DNA of 63,874 bases, counting the filler, from Kipferlia bialata (lineage: Eukaryota), in assembly GCA_003568945.1 (NCBI GenBank). It is 4 parts of 4 records of this genome, joined end to end, with 100 filler letters (N's around TTAATTAATTAA, not from the genome) between each part and the next. Parts side by side here need not be neighbours in the genome. Positions count along the whole stretch, not along the records: positions 1 to 31,041 come from BDIP01000115.1; 3 more parts are not named here. One strand, 5' to 3'. Shown piece after piece: positions 12,855 to 25,175 of the stretch. Position 1 is the first letter of the stretch, and each line of letters starts with the position of its first letter. Both the position numbers and the translations under genes were made by a program. The notes under the pieces were generated by a model. It ran no database searches and was not told where the DNA came from. It was given only the letters and a program-made list of their open reading frames with translations.

Positions 12855-15484
12855 ATGGCCAAGCCTGCCAGGAGCAAGCACTCCAATGCGCCCCAGGGGG
12901 AGGCATCAGGGAATATCTGGGTGTGTGTTCGAGTGCGCCCTTGGGATGGGAAGGGGGCCAGCCGGAGTCTCTCTGTCAACGAGACCCAGCCCATTATATC
13001 TCTGCTATCTGAGGACAAGACCAAGGGCCACAAGAGGCAGAGCAAGTTCCAGTACAACCACGTGTTCGATGAGGGCAGCTCCAACAGGGATGTGTACGAG
13101 CAGGTTGGGGTGGCAGCCCTGACTCAGGTGGGTATATGGTTATTATTAGAATGGGTCTTGTGACCTCTAGAGAGGCCACTGCTGCATTTCCCTGCTCCTA
13201 TCGTATATGTATCTATTACACACTGCCAGTCCATCACCCAGTGGATGGAAGGTTAATGGAATCCTCTTACACTGGGACATTATTATAATATACTGATTCC
13301 AGGTGTTGGACGGGTACAACTCGACCATATTTGCCTATGGTCAGACCGGCAGTGGCAAGGTGAGGGAGGGTGTCCGTGTGTGTGAGTGCATGTCAATCTG
13401 TGTTGGTTCCATGCACATATGTGTGTCCCATGTCTCCCCCCAAGGTATACCCACCCCAGACCCACACCATGCTTGGCAGCGATGCCCAGCCAGGAGTGAT
13501 CCCCCTCCTAGGACAGGCCCTGTTCAAGGAGATCCAGGCCAAGCAGACCCCCAAGCAGAGCAGGGAAGGGGGGGGCACCACCAGAGACCAGGCAGAGTAT
13601 AGAGTGACGGTGTCATACCTGGGTATGTGCCACACTCACCCATGTGTACATATACACTCACATATATGTGTGGATATCTGTATGCATGTACCTTCCTATT
13701 CCACATTGAGACTGTCAGTACGCCTGCACATACTCATGTCTTCGTGTAGCTCACCAATGTCTCTAAGTACACCATATTCGATCGTCTAATATACTCTGTA
13801 TCCGTATTGTAGCATCCTCCAGCCATGGCTTGATCTCTAGAGGTGTATATGTACCTTACATATACCTCTGATGACACTGCCACCCATCCCAGAGGTGTAT
13901 CAGGAGCAGGTCCTGGATCTGCTGGAGCCGGGTAAGCAGCCCCTCCGGCTCAGGGAGCACCCGTCCTTGGGTGTGTTTGCAGACGGTCTAGCCGAGGTGG
14001 GTTGTTCTATCCATATCCATATCCATCTATATATATGTCCATCTGTATATGGCATCCCCCTCACTGTCAGGTCAGGGTGGCAACGGCAGACGACGTGGCC
14101 CAGCTTCTATTGCAGGGGTCTGCGGTGCGCAAGGTGGCCTCGACGGATATGAATGACAGGTACACTATGGATAGTACTAACTGGGACATGTATCTATGGG
14201 TACAGTATACGTATATATATATATGCAATTATGTATGACACATGTGTATACACTGCCCCCACCCCCCATGTACACTGACGCCAGGAGTAGCCGCAGCCAC
14301 GCTGTGTTCATGATGAGGGTGCAGCAGAGACACGTCTCTAGGACCAGGGGGGAGGGGGAGGGGGGGAGGGAGAAGGAGAGCGTGTCCACCATGTCTGCAC
14401 GACTGTACCTGGTAGACCTGGCTGGCAGTGAGAGTGTGCGAAAGACCAAGGCCACTGGGCAGACCCTGAAGCAGGGTGCATCCATCAACAGATCTCTGTT
14501 TGAGCTGGGCAATGTCATCAATGCCCTGTCCTCCGGCACAAAGAGACACGTCAACTACAGGTACGGTGTCAGTAGCTATAACTAGCTGTACTGATACTGA
14601 TACTGATACTGATACTGAGACACGTCAACTACAGGTCCAGGGGTGTGTGGATGTGTGTATGGTATATGCCCTTCCCCCCCTCCCGCTCACCCCCCAGAAA
14701 CAGTGCCCTCACCATGTTGTTGAGAGACAGTCTGGGGGGGAATGCACGCACAGCAGTGGTGGCCACTGTGAGTGCAGCCCCAGTGCATGCCCCAGAGACC
14801 AGGACCACGCTCATGTTTGCATCCAGGTATGGGGTGGTATGGTGTAGTGTGTGTGTCCACCTCGGTGGATGGGTGTGTGCAGTGTGTGTCTGTGTATGTG
14901 TATGTATGCCATCTGACCCCAGGGCCAACACCATCCAGGTCAAGGCGGTGCGCAACATGGACACCACAACCAGGTGGGGGGCAGTGTAGTGGGGGGGCAT
15001 TTGTAGGCTGTAATTGTATTGCTAGGGTGTCAGATGTATATGTTATGTTCAATGCCTTCTGCTCTGCTATTAGTGTGGTCACGTCGTAGTGTGTATATCG
15101 CTGTATGTGTAGATCTGCCTCACCCCAGGGTCATCTCTGAGCTGAGGGCCGAGGTCACCAGGCTGAAGCAGCTGCTGCAGGGGGCAGGGGAAGGGGGGGA
15201 GGGGGCCAGTGCGGATCAGGCCCAGGAGGTCGAGGTAGGCGGTGTCGTACTGACTGATACTGATACTGATACATACTGTGAAGTGCAGTGGTGTATATCT
15301 GGTTGCTGGCGAACAGAGGCTTGAATTGTATTCCTTTGTATATCCCTCTGCCATTTTTCCGTCGCACACAACACCTATACCCCCCTCCCCCCAGGCCGTG
15401 CTGGCTGCCCTGGACCTTGCCAAGAGGGCCTCCTGGGACTATGACACATCGTCAGACGAGACCCAGCGACAGGGGGCACTGCAG
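12855..15484 (+). CDS. N-terminal motor kinesin (kinesin-3-like), multi-exon, runs into gap
   Basis: IWVCVRVRP, FQYNHVFD, P-loop IFAYGQTGSGK/THTM, LRLREHPSLGVFADGL, switch I SSRSHAVF, switch II LVDLAGSE, SALTMLLRDSLGGNARTAVVATVS, and neck RVISELRAEVTRLKQLL. Confidence 0.95.
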
Positions 15485-15540
15485 GTAGGGGGGGTAGGGG
15501 GATATGGGGGGGGGGGGGGGAATTTTGGGGGGGGGACTGA

Positions 15541-16009
15541 NNNNNNNNNNNNNNNNNNNNNNNNNNNNNNNNNNNNNNNNNNNNNNNNNNNNNNNNNNNN
15601 NNNNNNNNNNNNNNNNNNNNNNNNNNNNNNNNNNNNNNNNNNNNNNNNNNNNNNNNNNNNNNNNNNNNNNNNNNNNNNNNNNNNNNNNNNNNNNNNNNNN
15701 NNNNNNNNNNNNNNNNNNNNNNNNNNNNNNNNNNNNNNNNNNNNNNNNNNNNNNNNNNNNNNNNNNNNNNNNNNNNNNNNNNNNNNNNNNNNNNNNNNNN
15801 NNNNNNNNNNNNNNNNNNNNNNNNNNNNNNNNNNNNNNNNNNNNNNNNNNNNNNNNNNNNNNNNNNNNNNNNNNNNNNNNNNNNNNNNNNNNNNNNNNNN
15901 NNNNNNNNNNNNNNNNNNNNNNNNNNNNNNNNNNNNNNNNNNNNNNNNNNNNNNNNNNNNNNNNNNNNNNNNNNNNNNNNNNNNNNNNNNNNNNNNNNNN
16001 NNNNNNNNN
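15541..16009. other. Assembly gap
   Basis: N run flanked by poly-G/poly-C. Confidence 1.
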
Positions 16010-16055
16010 TGGATTTTTATGTTTTGGGGGGGGCCCCCCCCCCCCCCTCACGCCA

Positions 16056-16782
16056 GGGCACCCTTGATGTTGTGGCTGGTATCGGCCTGGTGTCATACAG
16101 CTCTCCCAAGGTGGGTAGATATATTCATATATATATATATATATATATATGTGTATGTATATATATCATCATCATCACGTATGGCCATTCCATAGAGATT
16201 TCTGTGTATTGTACTACTGTTGTATATGTCTCTCTCATCCTCTCTTCTGGGAGGAATAGAGACATGAACACATAAGTCTTATCCCAGCAAGTTGCAGACG
16301 TAGTGTTTGACACCTTTCTCAAGATAGGCATGGAGGAGGAGGCGTCCTACATAGGTATGTGCATACATTGATGCAGGGACATGTATATACTACTCTACTT
16401 TCATATCCCTTCTCTCACCCCAGCCTCTCTGGCCCAGCAGGTGTTTGGTCACCCTAAACAGACCCAGTTCCACACAGAGGGAGAGGGAGAGGGAGAGAGA
16501 CTGACTGACAGCGACATGGACTCCCTGATTGAGTACACTGACTCTGATGATGAGTCTGACCTAGACGATGACGACCTTGACGACAGTGAGTGTGACTCCC
16601 AATGGAAGGCAGAGTGGGACGATGTGGACGAGGAGGCCCCCGCCCCCCTCGCCCCCTCCTTCCTATCCTCCTCCACTGCCTCCAGTGTTAGGGTTGTGTC
16701 ACACTCTGACCTATATGAGGGGTCCTCCATAGACCTCGGTGATGGCATCCCGTGCTTCCCAGGGGCCTCACAAGACGAGTGA
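16056..16782 (+). CDS. 3' exons of a protein with acidic tail (possibly the kinesin C-terminus)
   Basis: Exons ~16056-16110 (GTLDVVAGIGLVSYSSPK), ~16288-16354 and 16424-16782 (D/E-rich, ends TGA) with canonical splice sites. Same strand as the kinesin across the gap. Confidence 0.5.
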
Positions 16783-17078
16783 AGAGAGAGAGAGAGAGAT
16801 GGGTGTGCAGCCCATGTGTCCCCAATAGTGTATATCCCGCCTTTGCATAGTGTAGTGTGTAGTGTGTCCCGTCCCATGCCTAGAAGCCACAGTGTGTGCA
16901 GTGTATCTATCTGCTACCCAAGTAGTATGTGGCTCCCATGGAATGAATAGAGTTTCTACCAGTGAATGTCTTATTGTCTCTGTATATCTGCAAGCCTCAG
17001 GTTGACGTATACTCATCCCCACACATGACTATACTAACTCTATTTCTATCTAATTGTGGGTCTATACACCACAAATGC

Positions 17079-18827
17079 CTAGTTCTCCTTGTTCTGAACA
17101 ATGCTGAGCTGCCTCTCCCTCCACATCTCCCCAAACACACCGCCCTCCTGCTCGGCTAGCTCTCTGGGGACACCCTGCTCTACAGCCATACCGGCATCAA
17201 GCACAATGACCTGTGGTGAGGTATTTGAACACATCCATATTCATATACACAAGATGGGTAGGGTATTAAGAGAGAGACGTCCATACCGGCATCAAGCACA
17301 ATGACCTAGAGGGTAAGAGAGTGTGTAAGAGAGAGAGAAAGAGGGAGAGAGAGAGAGAGATACTGCTCAACAGCCATACCGGCATCAAGCACAATGACCT
17401 GTGGTGAGGTATTCACACACACAAACACACACATATATATATATACTAGGTAGAATAATGGATGAGACAGAGAGAGAGAGACAGCGATACAGTACGGCAT
17501 CAAGCACAATGACCTAGGGGGTAAGAGAGAGAGAGAGAGAGAAATACTGCTCAACAGCCATACCGGTATCACGCACAATGACCTGAATTGAGATGTACTA
17601 GGCATGGTATTAAAGGAGAGAGAGAGGGAGAGAGTGTGTATTCTGATACCTTGTCGATGATGACAAATAGTGGGTCTGTGTCAATATATATAACAATATG
17701 GGGATTGATACCTTGTCGAAGTCGATGATGGTCTCCAGCCTGTGAGCAATGGTGATGATGGTGCACCCCAGTTCACTGAACATGGTGTTGAGCACAGACT
17801 GGATCCTCTCATCGTTGTCCCTGGGGGTTAGGGGTATATACTATATACAGTCCATATGCATATAGAAAAATATATACAGGGTGACATGCAAAGACGTACT
17901 ATTAAGGCAGTCACATACCAGTCATGGACACAACCTAAATGTGTATTTCATAAATATCATCTGTATCTATACTATTAGTATCTATATACCTGTCCACGTT
18001 GGCCGTAGCCTCATCTAGGACAATGACCTTGGAGTCACGCAGCATGGCCCTGGGGGGTCAGAGAGAGAAAGATAGAGGTATATACATATTAGTGATAATA
18101 CACACTCTATACATACCTGGCCAGACACACCAGCTGCCTCTGCCCGGCACTTAAGTATATATATATAATAATATAATATATGTATATGTATATAATAGTG
18201 TTAATATATGTATATGTATATAATAGTGTTAATACATACCTGGCCAGGCACACCAGCTGCCTCTGCCCCGCACTGAGGTTGGACCCCCCAGAGGCAATCT
18301 CGATGTCAAGGACGGCAGAGAGAGGGTCAGAGGTCTGGAGGGTGAGGGTCTACAGCAACCACTAATATGTATAGGTGAACACATTACCTCTGGGACTGGT
18401 GCCACACCAGATGTCTCTCCCTCTCCCTCTCCCTCCATAGGCTCTCCAGGTCCAAGGGGTGTGGCTGTCTCAGCCACGTCTGCACCCTCTCTCTCTCCCT
18501 CTCCCTCTCTCACCATGCCCACCCTGTCCTGGGCCCAGTCCAGCAGGTTCACCTGGGGGTTAGTGAATTCATATGTATATACATATACAGAGGCCAGTCC
18601 AGCAGGTTCACCTGGGTTAGTGCATACGAATATCCATATATACAGAGGCCAGTCCAGCAGGTTGACCTGGGGGTAACATAGGGAACGGAATACAGACTGA
18701 TACTGGATATAGAGGGGTATGTTCATATACTCAATTATGCACATATATATGTCCTGGGCCCAGTCCAGCAGGTTCACCTGGGGGTTAATGTAAACAATAT
18801 AATATATATGTGTGCATATATATAGAT

Positions 18828-18859
<32 letters not shown>

Positions 18860-21800
18860 GGACTATCTGCACAAACATACCTGTCTCAGTGCCTGCACCA
18901 GCTGTGTGTCTGAGTACAGGTGGGATGGGTCCAGGTTGTTACGGAGGGTGTCGGTGAAGAGGGTGGGGTTCTGGGCCACAATGGTGATGGCCTGGGGGGT
19001 TAGAGAGTGATTATCACACTACTATCACAGAGAGAGAGACAAGAGAAAGACTCCCACACTCCTTAGGCGGTGCATTCACCCGGTAGTGTCTTACTATATG
19101 TAATAATATGCTAAGTACATACCCTCCTCAGGTGGTGCAGTCCCACCGATGTGATGTCCACCCCGTCCAGCTCAACTGTACCACTCTCAATGTCCAGGAG
19201 GCGGAACATGATGTTGGCCGTGGTGCTCTTGCCTAGGGGTAAGAGAGAAGAATACTAGGAGAAGTATAGAATATAATAGATAACACTGTATATTGAAACA
19301 GATCTTGGCTACAAGGTCAGAGGCTACTCTTCAGAATTTCAACTAGGACTCTCTGAAACACAGTACAAACCATCTCTCACCTGATCCTGTCCTGCCCACC
19401 AGTGCCACTCTCTGGCCAGCCTCGGCCTCGAAGGAGAGGTCCTGCAGTGAGGGATACAAACATACTACATACAAACACATTTACATGTGCGTGTGAGGTA
19501 TACATGCACTTGCATACCTGCAGCACAAGAGGCAGCTCGGGCCTGTATCTGGCAGAGACAGACCGGAAGGACACCTGGGTATGAGAACACCCTACACTAT
19601 ACATTGTATTGTGCTATTGTGTGAGGATCTCCGCGGAAGCCTCACCTTGCCTGTCTGTGGCCACAGAGTACACAGGTATCGTAGTGTGGTATACATATAT
19701 ATATATATATACACTAATAATATGAAACAGATGCTCTCTCACCTTGCCGGTCTGTGGCCACATTGGGTCGTCTGAGGGCAGGTTCCACTCTGGCTCCTGG
19801 TCTGGGTCGTTGGTGTACTCAAGGACCCTCTCGACTGAGGACAGCTCGGCCTGGGGTGAGGGAATGTATATATATACAATACATCTAATATATATCAATT
19901 ATCCATGTAGTATATGACAGCTCGGCCTGGGGGTGAGGGAATACTGTGTTCAGTCAAGATTCACTTGAATAGATATGTATACTATGAATAATACATAATA
20001 GACAGCTCGGCCTGGGTAAATACCAAATAGCAAGTCCATAGCATAGTCCATAGCATACATGACCCTACCTCAGCAATGCTGATGCGCCTGATGAGCCATC
20101 CCAGGGACTGGGAGGTAGAGAGACCTGGGGTGTGGAATATAGTAATGATATACCTATGGACAGCCCAGTACACATAATTATACCTGTGGATAGAGCCATG
20201 TTGGTGGGTGTGCCAAGTCTCTCTCCCTATCTCTCCCTCTCTCCATATTAATATATATAGGTATATACATATTCATATGTATATATATGTATACCTGTGG
20301 ACAGTGCCAATGCTGCCATGTTGGTGGGTATGCCAAGTCTCTCTCCCTCTCTCTCTCTCTCTCTCGATATATATACTCTACCTTGATATATATATATATA
20401 TATATATACGTATATACACATATATACCTGTAGATAGAGCCAGGGCTGCCATATTTGTAGGTATGCCAGGCACCACAGCCACCAGCAGGGCACTGGTACA
20501 TGCGATGACAGAGGCAAGGGTCTCAAGTCTCACAGAGATCCACCTGAGAGTGAGACATCAACAATCACTACTCATTTCCTATCTCTCTATCAGAGTTTCC
20601 CATAAAGATAGTCTATTCTTCTCTGGTACCTGTTGTTTGACACCGAGACGTAGTTCATCTGGCCGTTCTTGTCCAGTCCCTCATAGAACCTGGGGGTCAG
20701 AAACACATACTTCCCTTTTTGTACATAGTGGGTTTACATAGAGAGTGACCACATTCATTCTTGTTACTCCACTGTACCCCTACCTATCTGTGAGCACTGG
20801 GATGTAGTCACTTGCAACACATACTTATCACAATATTCTATACAATAGCGGGTATATATATAGTATGCGTTCAATCACTCTACAGTACCATACCTATCTG
20901 TGCGCACTGGGATGTAGTCGTACCCACTATATACATATAGTAGCGGGTATATATAGAGAGTTAATACCACCACTCTATTCACTGCACCCCTACCTATCTG
21001 TGAGCACTGGGATGTAGTCGAGAGCATTTGTTAGAACTACACATATCAGATAGTCTGTATAGAGAGTGACACTGCTACTCTACCTATCTGTGAGCACCGG
21101 GATGTAGTCGTATGCCCTCAGGGTGGACAGACCTCCCAGGGTCTCAGTGGCAATGGAGAGAACGGGGGAGCGGGCAATGCTCTGAGGGTTAGGTCTTAGA
21201 CAATATTGATTATATGAACGATACATATGTACAATATACAGAATGACAAGGTTGAGAGGAAGTCCTCACCTCCAGCCTGAACAGCTCTCTGTGGCTTGAT
21301 CTGAACACGTTCAGGTAGTGGACGTATACGATGAGGGAGGGTACCACCACTGCAATGTAGTAGGGCGACACAACGCAGATTGCGAAGAAGATGGCGCCGA
21401 CCATCAGAGAGAACCTGGGAGTGAGAACAGCTCATAACAATTATTATATAATAGTATTAATTATATAGCATGAATATATGAGTATATAGTACATAATTAT
21501 AATAATACAATAATAATAATACACACCTCACAACCATGGAGACTTCAGGAGGCAGCTTCTCATCAAGGGAGAGCATGTCAGCACTGAACCTGGGGATGAG
21601 GGCATAGGTAGAGGGAGTATAGATATATATTCGTTAGTAGTATATGCCTCCCCACCTGTTTAGCACCCTGCCATACCTGGCATATATATACCTACCATAT
21701 ATATATATATATATATAGTGTATATATACCTGTTCAGCACCCTGCCTAGTGGCCTTGTCTGGAACCATACATACTATATATATACATACATACACAAACA

Positions 21801-22152
21801 TATATACATATGTATGTACCTGTTAAGTACTCTGCCGAGTGGCCTTGTCTGGAACCATGTGAGGGGTGCCCTAAGGAGTGTAGAGAGGAGAGAGGTGTGG
21901 AAGGCAGCAGAGGCACGCTGGCAGGAGATGCGGAACACAGTCTCACGGCTGAACACCGTAACAACACCTGGGTAGGTGAGGAAGGGGCTGAGAGCACAAC
22001 AATACTCATAAGATGTAAAAACACTCACTCATGTATCGATACCTGCGAATGATATGGCTGCGTACATGGCCACCAGGTACCCAGAGGAGTGCTCGTCACT
22101 GCCATCACCCACCCAGTAGGAGAGCCAGAAGGTGGCGCCTGGCATGAGAGAG

Positions 22153-22188
<36 letters not shown>

Positions 22189-22842
22189 CTGTATACCCCA
22201 CCTGTGTTGAGGACCTGTGCCATGACAAAGAGCAGTGCCATGAGGACTAGACCGAAGGGGGTGCCAAGGGCCTGGGGGGTGAGAGCGACGCAGAAACAAG
22301 AGAGTATATTTACACATACACACATAGACACAATAAATATAGAAGGGAGTGCCAAGGGCCTGGGGGGTGAGAGAGGGCTACACTAATGAGATATTATACA
22401 TATACATGCATATTCACACTGTATACATACCCTTCCATACTGGGCCCACACGGCCCAGGGCACCTTGCCCCTCCTCCTCGACTCCTCCACCATAATCTTG
22501 CCATCAGTCTCTCTCTCTCCCTCTGCCTCTACATCAGGGGTATCCATGTCAACATCCTCCACTCCCACTGCACCATCTTCCTCCTCCTCCTCCTCCTGCA
22601 CTGCCTCGGGGGTCTGGGAGGCATGGTCGACAACCTACGCGATGAGTAGGTGTAAATAGACACATATACATGTGTACTTAGCCGCCACTCGGGTAGGGAC
22701 ACACACATAGAGTAAGCAGTTACTCAGGGACACTGTCACTGAGCCTATACCTTGCCGTCCTCGAGAGTGAGCACTGTGTCCGCAAAGGGTGTGACATAGC
22801 TGGAGTGCGTGGCCAGGATCACAAGGGCACCCGCCTCGTCCC
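17079..22842 (-). CDS. ABCC/MRP-type ABC transporter, 3' half (end of NBD1, TMD2, NBD2), many short exons
   Basis: KIMVEESRRRGKVPWAVWAQY, WFQTRPLGRVLNRFSAD, RSPVLSIATETLGGLSTLRAY, RWISVRLE, ELSSVERVLEY, ARYRPELPLVL, Walker A GRTGSGKST, signature NLSAGQRQLVCLAR, Walker B VIVLDEATANVD, H-loop TIAHRLETI. Stop at 17079-17081. Confidence 0.95.
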
Positions 22843-22913
22843 TAGGGTTAGAGTATAGTAAATAGTATACATAATAATATGTCATATCACAAGGGCACCC
22901 GCCTCGTCCCTAG
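17174..22913 (-). repeat. Splice-junction echo repeats in ABCC introns (11 clusters)
   Basis: Direct copies of exon ends plus splice site at ~17281/17362/17493/17545, 17648, 18113, 18592/18647/18751, 19641, 19916/20001, 20184/20295, 20780/20891/20990, 21654/21730, 22343 and 22886. Confidence 0.9.
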
Positions 22914-22949
22914 TAGGGTTAGGGTATACATCAAGACACTATAGACGGT

Positions 22950-22980
<31 letters not shown>

Positions 22981-22991
22981 CCCGGGCCCCC

Positions 22992-23422
22992 NNNNNNNNN
23001 NNNNNNNNNNNNNNNNNNNNNNNNNNNNNNNNNNNNNNNNNNNNNNNNNNNNNNNNNNNNNNNNNNNNNNNNNNNNNNNNNNNNNNNNNNNNNNNNNNNN
23101 NNNNNNNNNNNNNNNNNNNNNNNNNNNNNNNNNNNNNNNNNNNNNNNNNNNNNNNNNNNNNNNNNNNNNNNNNNNNNNNNNNNNNNNNNNNNNNNNNNNN
23201 NNNNNNNNNNNNNNNNNNNNNNNNNNNNNNNNNNNNNNNNNNNNNNNNNNNNNNNNNNNNNNNNNNNNNNNNNNNNNNNNNNNNNNNNNNNNNNNNNNNN
23301 NNNNNNNNNNNNNNNNNNNNNNNNNNNNNNNNNNNNNNNNNNNNNNNNNNNNNNNNNNNNNNNNNNNNNNNNNNNNNNNNNNNNNNNNNNNNNNNNNNNN
23401 NNNNNNNNNNNNNNNNNNNNNN
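22992..23422. other. Assembly gap
   Basis: N run flanked by poly-G. Confidence 1.
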
Positions 23423-23515
23423 CTTTCCCCTTTTCGCCCCGGGGGGGGGGGGGGGGGGGGGGGGAGTTACTAATAACAACATTAGGGATATGATATGACC
23501 ACTACTGCCCCTTAC

Positions 23516-24653
23516 CCTTGGGGTCAGGCCTCAGCCAGGTGTTCCTCTCGTGGAGGGCCAGGTCCATCTCCAGAGACACACAGGGAGACAGATCGGGGTC
23601 CACGACAACAGGCACACAACGAACGGGATGTGCGGCACTAGGTGGTGAGGACACGGAGTGATAAAGCGTAATAGAAGGGGTGGATTGTACTGGACTTAAC
23701 GGAAATGTAACTCAGACACTGATAGAATATTGCAATTGTTGAGTAGAGACAATACGTACAAGTAAGCTGGGGACGCTGGCCTGAAGAGCATCGACGACCT
23801 GTTGGGCAGCTTCTGTCTGCGGGGGTCTCTGAACACAGCCTGTGCAAAGGGGACCTGGTTGCGCTTGGCCCCGTCTCTCCACCTCACCCTCCCTGCGCCC
23901 TCTGGCACCGTGGCATGGGCCCCAGTCAGCCTACGGCGCACCTCGCTCCTGGAGTCTGGCTCTGGGGCCATGGTCTCTGGCTGCGGCAGCATCTCCACCA
24001 CGTTGAGGAAGGAGTTGCGGTGCAGCTCCTCCTGGCTGGACAGCACCATCCCGCTGATGTCCCCAAAGATGTCCTTGAACGCCCCCCTCTCCCGCCGCAC
24101 GGTCTGGGCCCAGTTGTTGAGCTGCCTCCTGAACGAGGGCAGGGGGTCAGCGTTGAACCGCTTGGTGGCAATGTACTGCAGGGCACGGGCTGGGGGCCAA
24201 TGGAATCGGTGGACTAAGAATGCAGCCAACACTATCACGGAGCGGCTGCTGCCATCCATAGAGTGGACCAGGATGCACTGGTCAGAGTCAACTGCCTCAG
24301 TAATGAAACGTACACATGCATCCATGTTACGGCCAGCTGGGTCGAAAACTTCTGTTGCAGGGTCATCTGCCCACTTGAAGGACAGATACCGCACGCCAAC
24401 GCTGGCAAACCGGTTGGGAAACTCTTGGGCACAGCAATTGACCACATGAGTAATGGAGTTGGAGAAGATGAAGTCTTCGTCCTCTGCGGCCATATATGAG
24501 CCTACGAAAATACCTGGGGTCAGAATACAGCAACATAAATCCACCATCAGAGAAGGGTATTGTCAAGCGTAGAGCACGGAATACAACCACCACTACAAAT
24601 AACTCACCATCAATGATGCGGTTAGCCAGGAAGAGAGGCACACCATTGTCCAT
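23516..24653 (-). CDS. Dual-specificity-phosphatase-fold protein with catalytic Cys replaced by Ser (pseudophosphatase)
   Basis: Exon 1 24653-24608 (MDNGVPLFLANRIID), intron, then GIFVGSYMAAED..ITHVVNCC..VRYLSFKWAD..ILVHSMDGSSRSVIVLAAFL..SFRRQL. A further exon lies at ~23516-23638 with uncertain frame. Confidence 0.85.
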
Positions 24654-25175
24654 GATGAAGTCAAGCCACTAGTCCTTCGTTTGCGGGCCGTGGAGCGGTC
24701 AAGAGTATCCAGACTCAGAGTAAAGAGCCCTTAGATAGCTTACACCCAAACTTTATCACACAGGGGCAGCCTACAGCCTTGTCTGCTTTGAGATTAAGGC
24801 AGCTGATCTCTCAGAGAGTTTGGCAGAGAACCCTTAGTTGTTTTTGTTGTCAATCTGAGCTCAAGGACCTGACACAAAGAAAAGGCCCTCATGCATCACT
24901 GCATAAACATAACAGCATTAAACAATCGGCATCTAATGGTCTATTGGTGGGTATACACAAATGAGTATATACTGCAGCGTGAAGTGCTGCATACATAAAG
25001 AGCTAGAAATGTTGGCATCATCATCCAGATGATTGGAATCACAGAGACAACCTGTCTCCGTATCCCACAGATCAACCACAGCTTGGGTTGAACACATAAG
25101 AACAAAACAATTATACAGAAGGGGCCCTGTCTGCTGAAGGGCTGCTACATGGATACACTCCCTAGTGCCGAACGT

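Noticed and set aside
15278..16195. ORFs spanning N gaps (also at 22931-23493 and 33914-35299)
   Set aside because: Artefacts of translating N runs.
20780..21110. Four ~30-nt direct repeats with unique spacers, CRISPR-like
   Set aside because: The repeat is the ABCC exon end DYIPVLTDR plus GT donor. It is non-palindromic, in a eukaryotic context, and no cas genes are present.
17174..22913. Echoes as mutually exclusive duplicated exons
   Set aside because: Each copy has only one splice site and is truncated inside the exon, so canonical splicing cannot substitute it for the exon.
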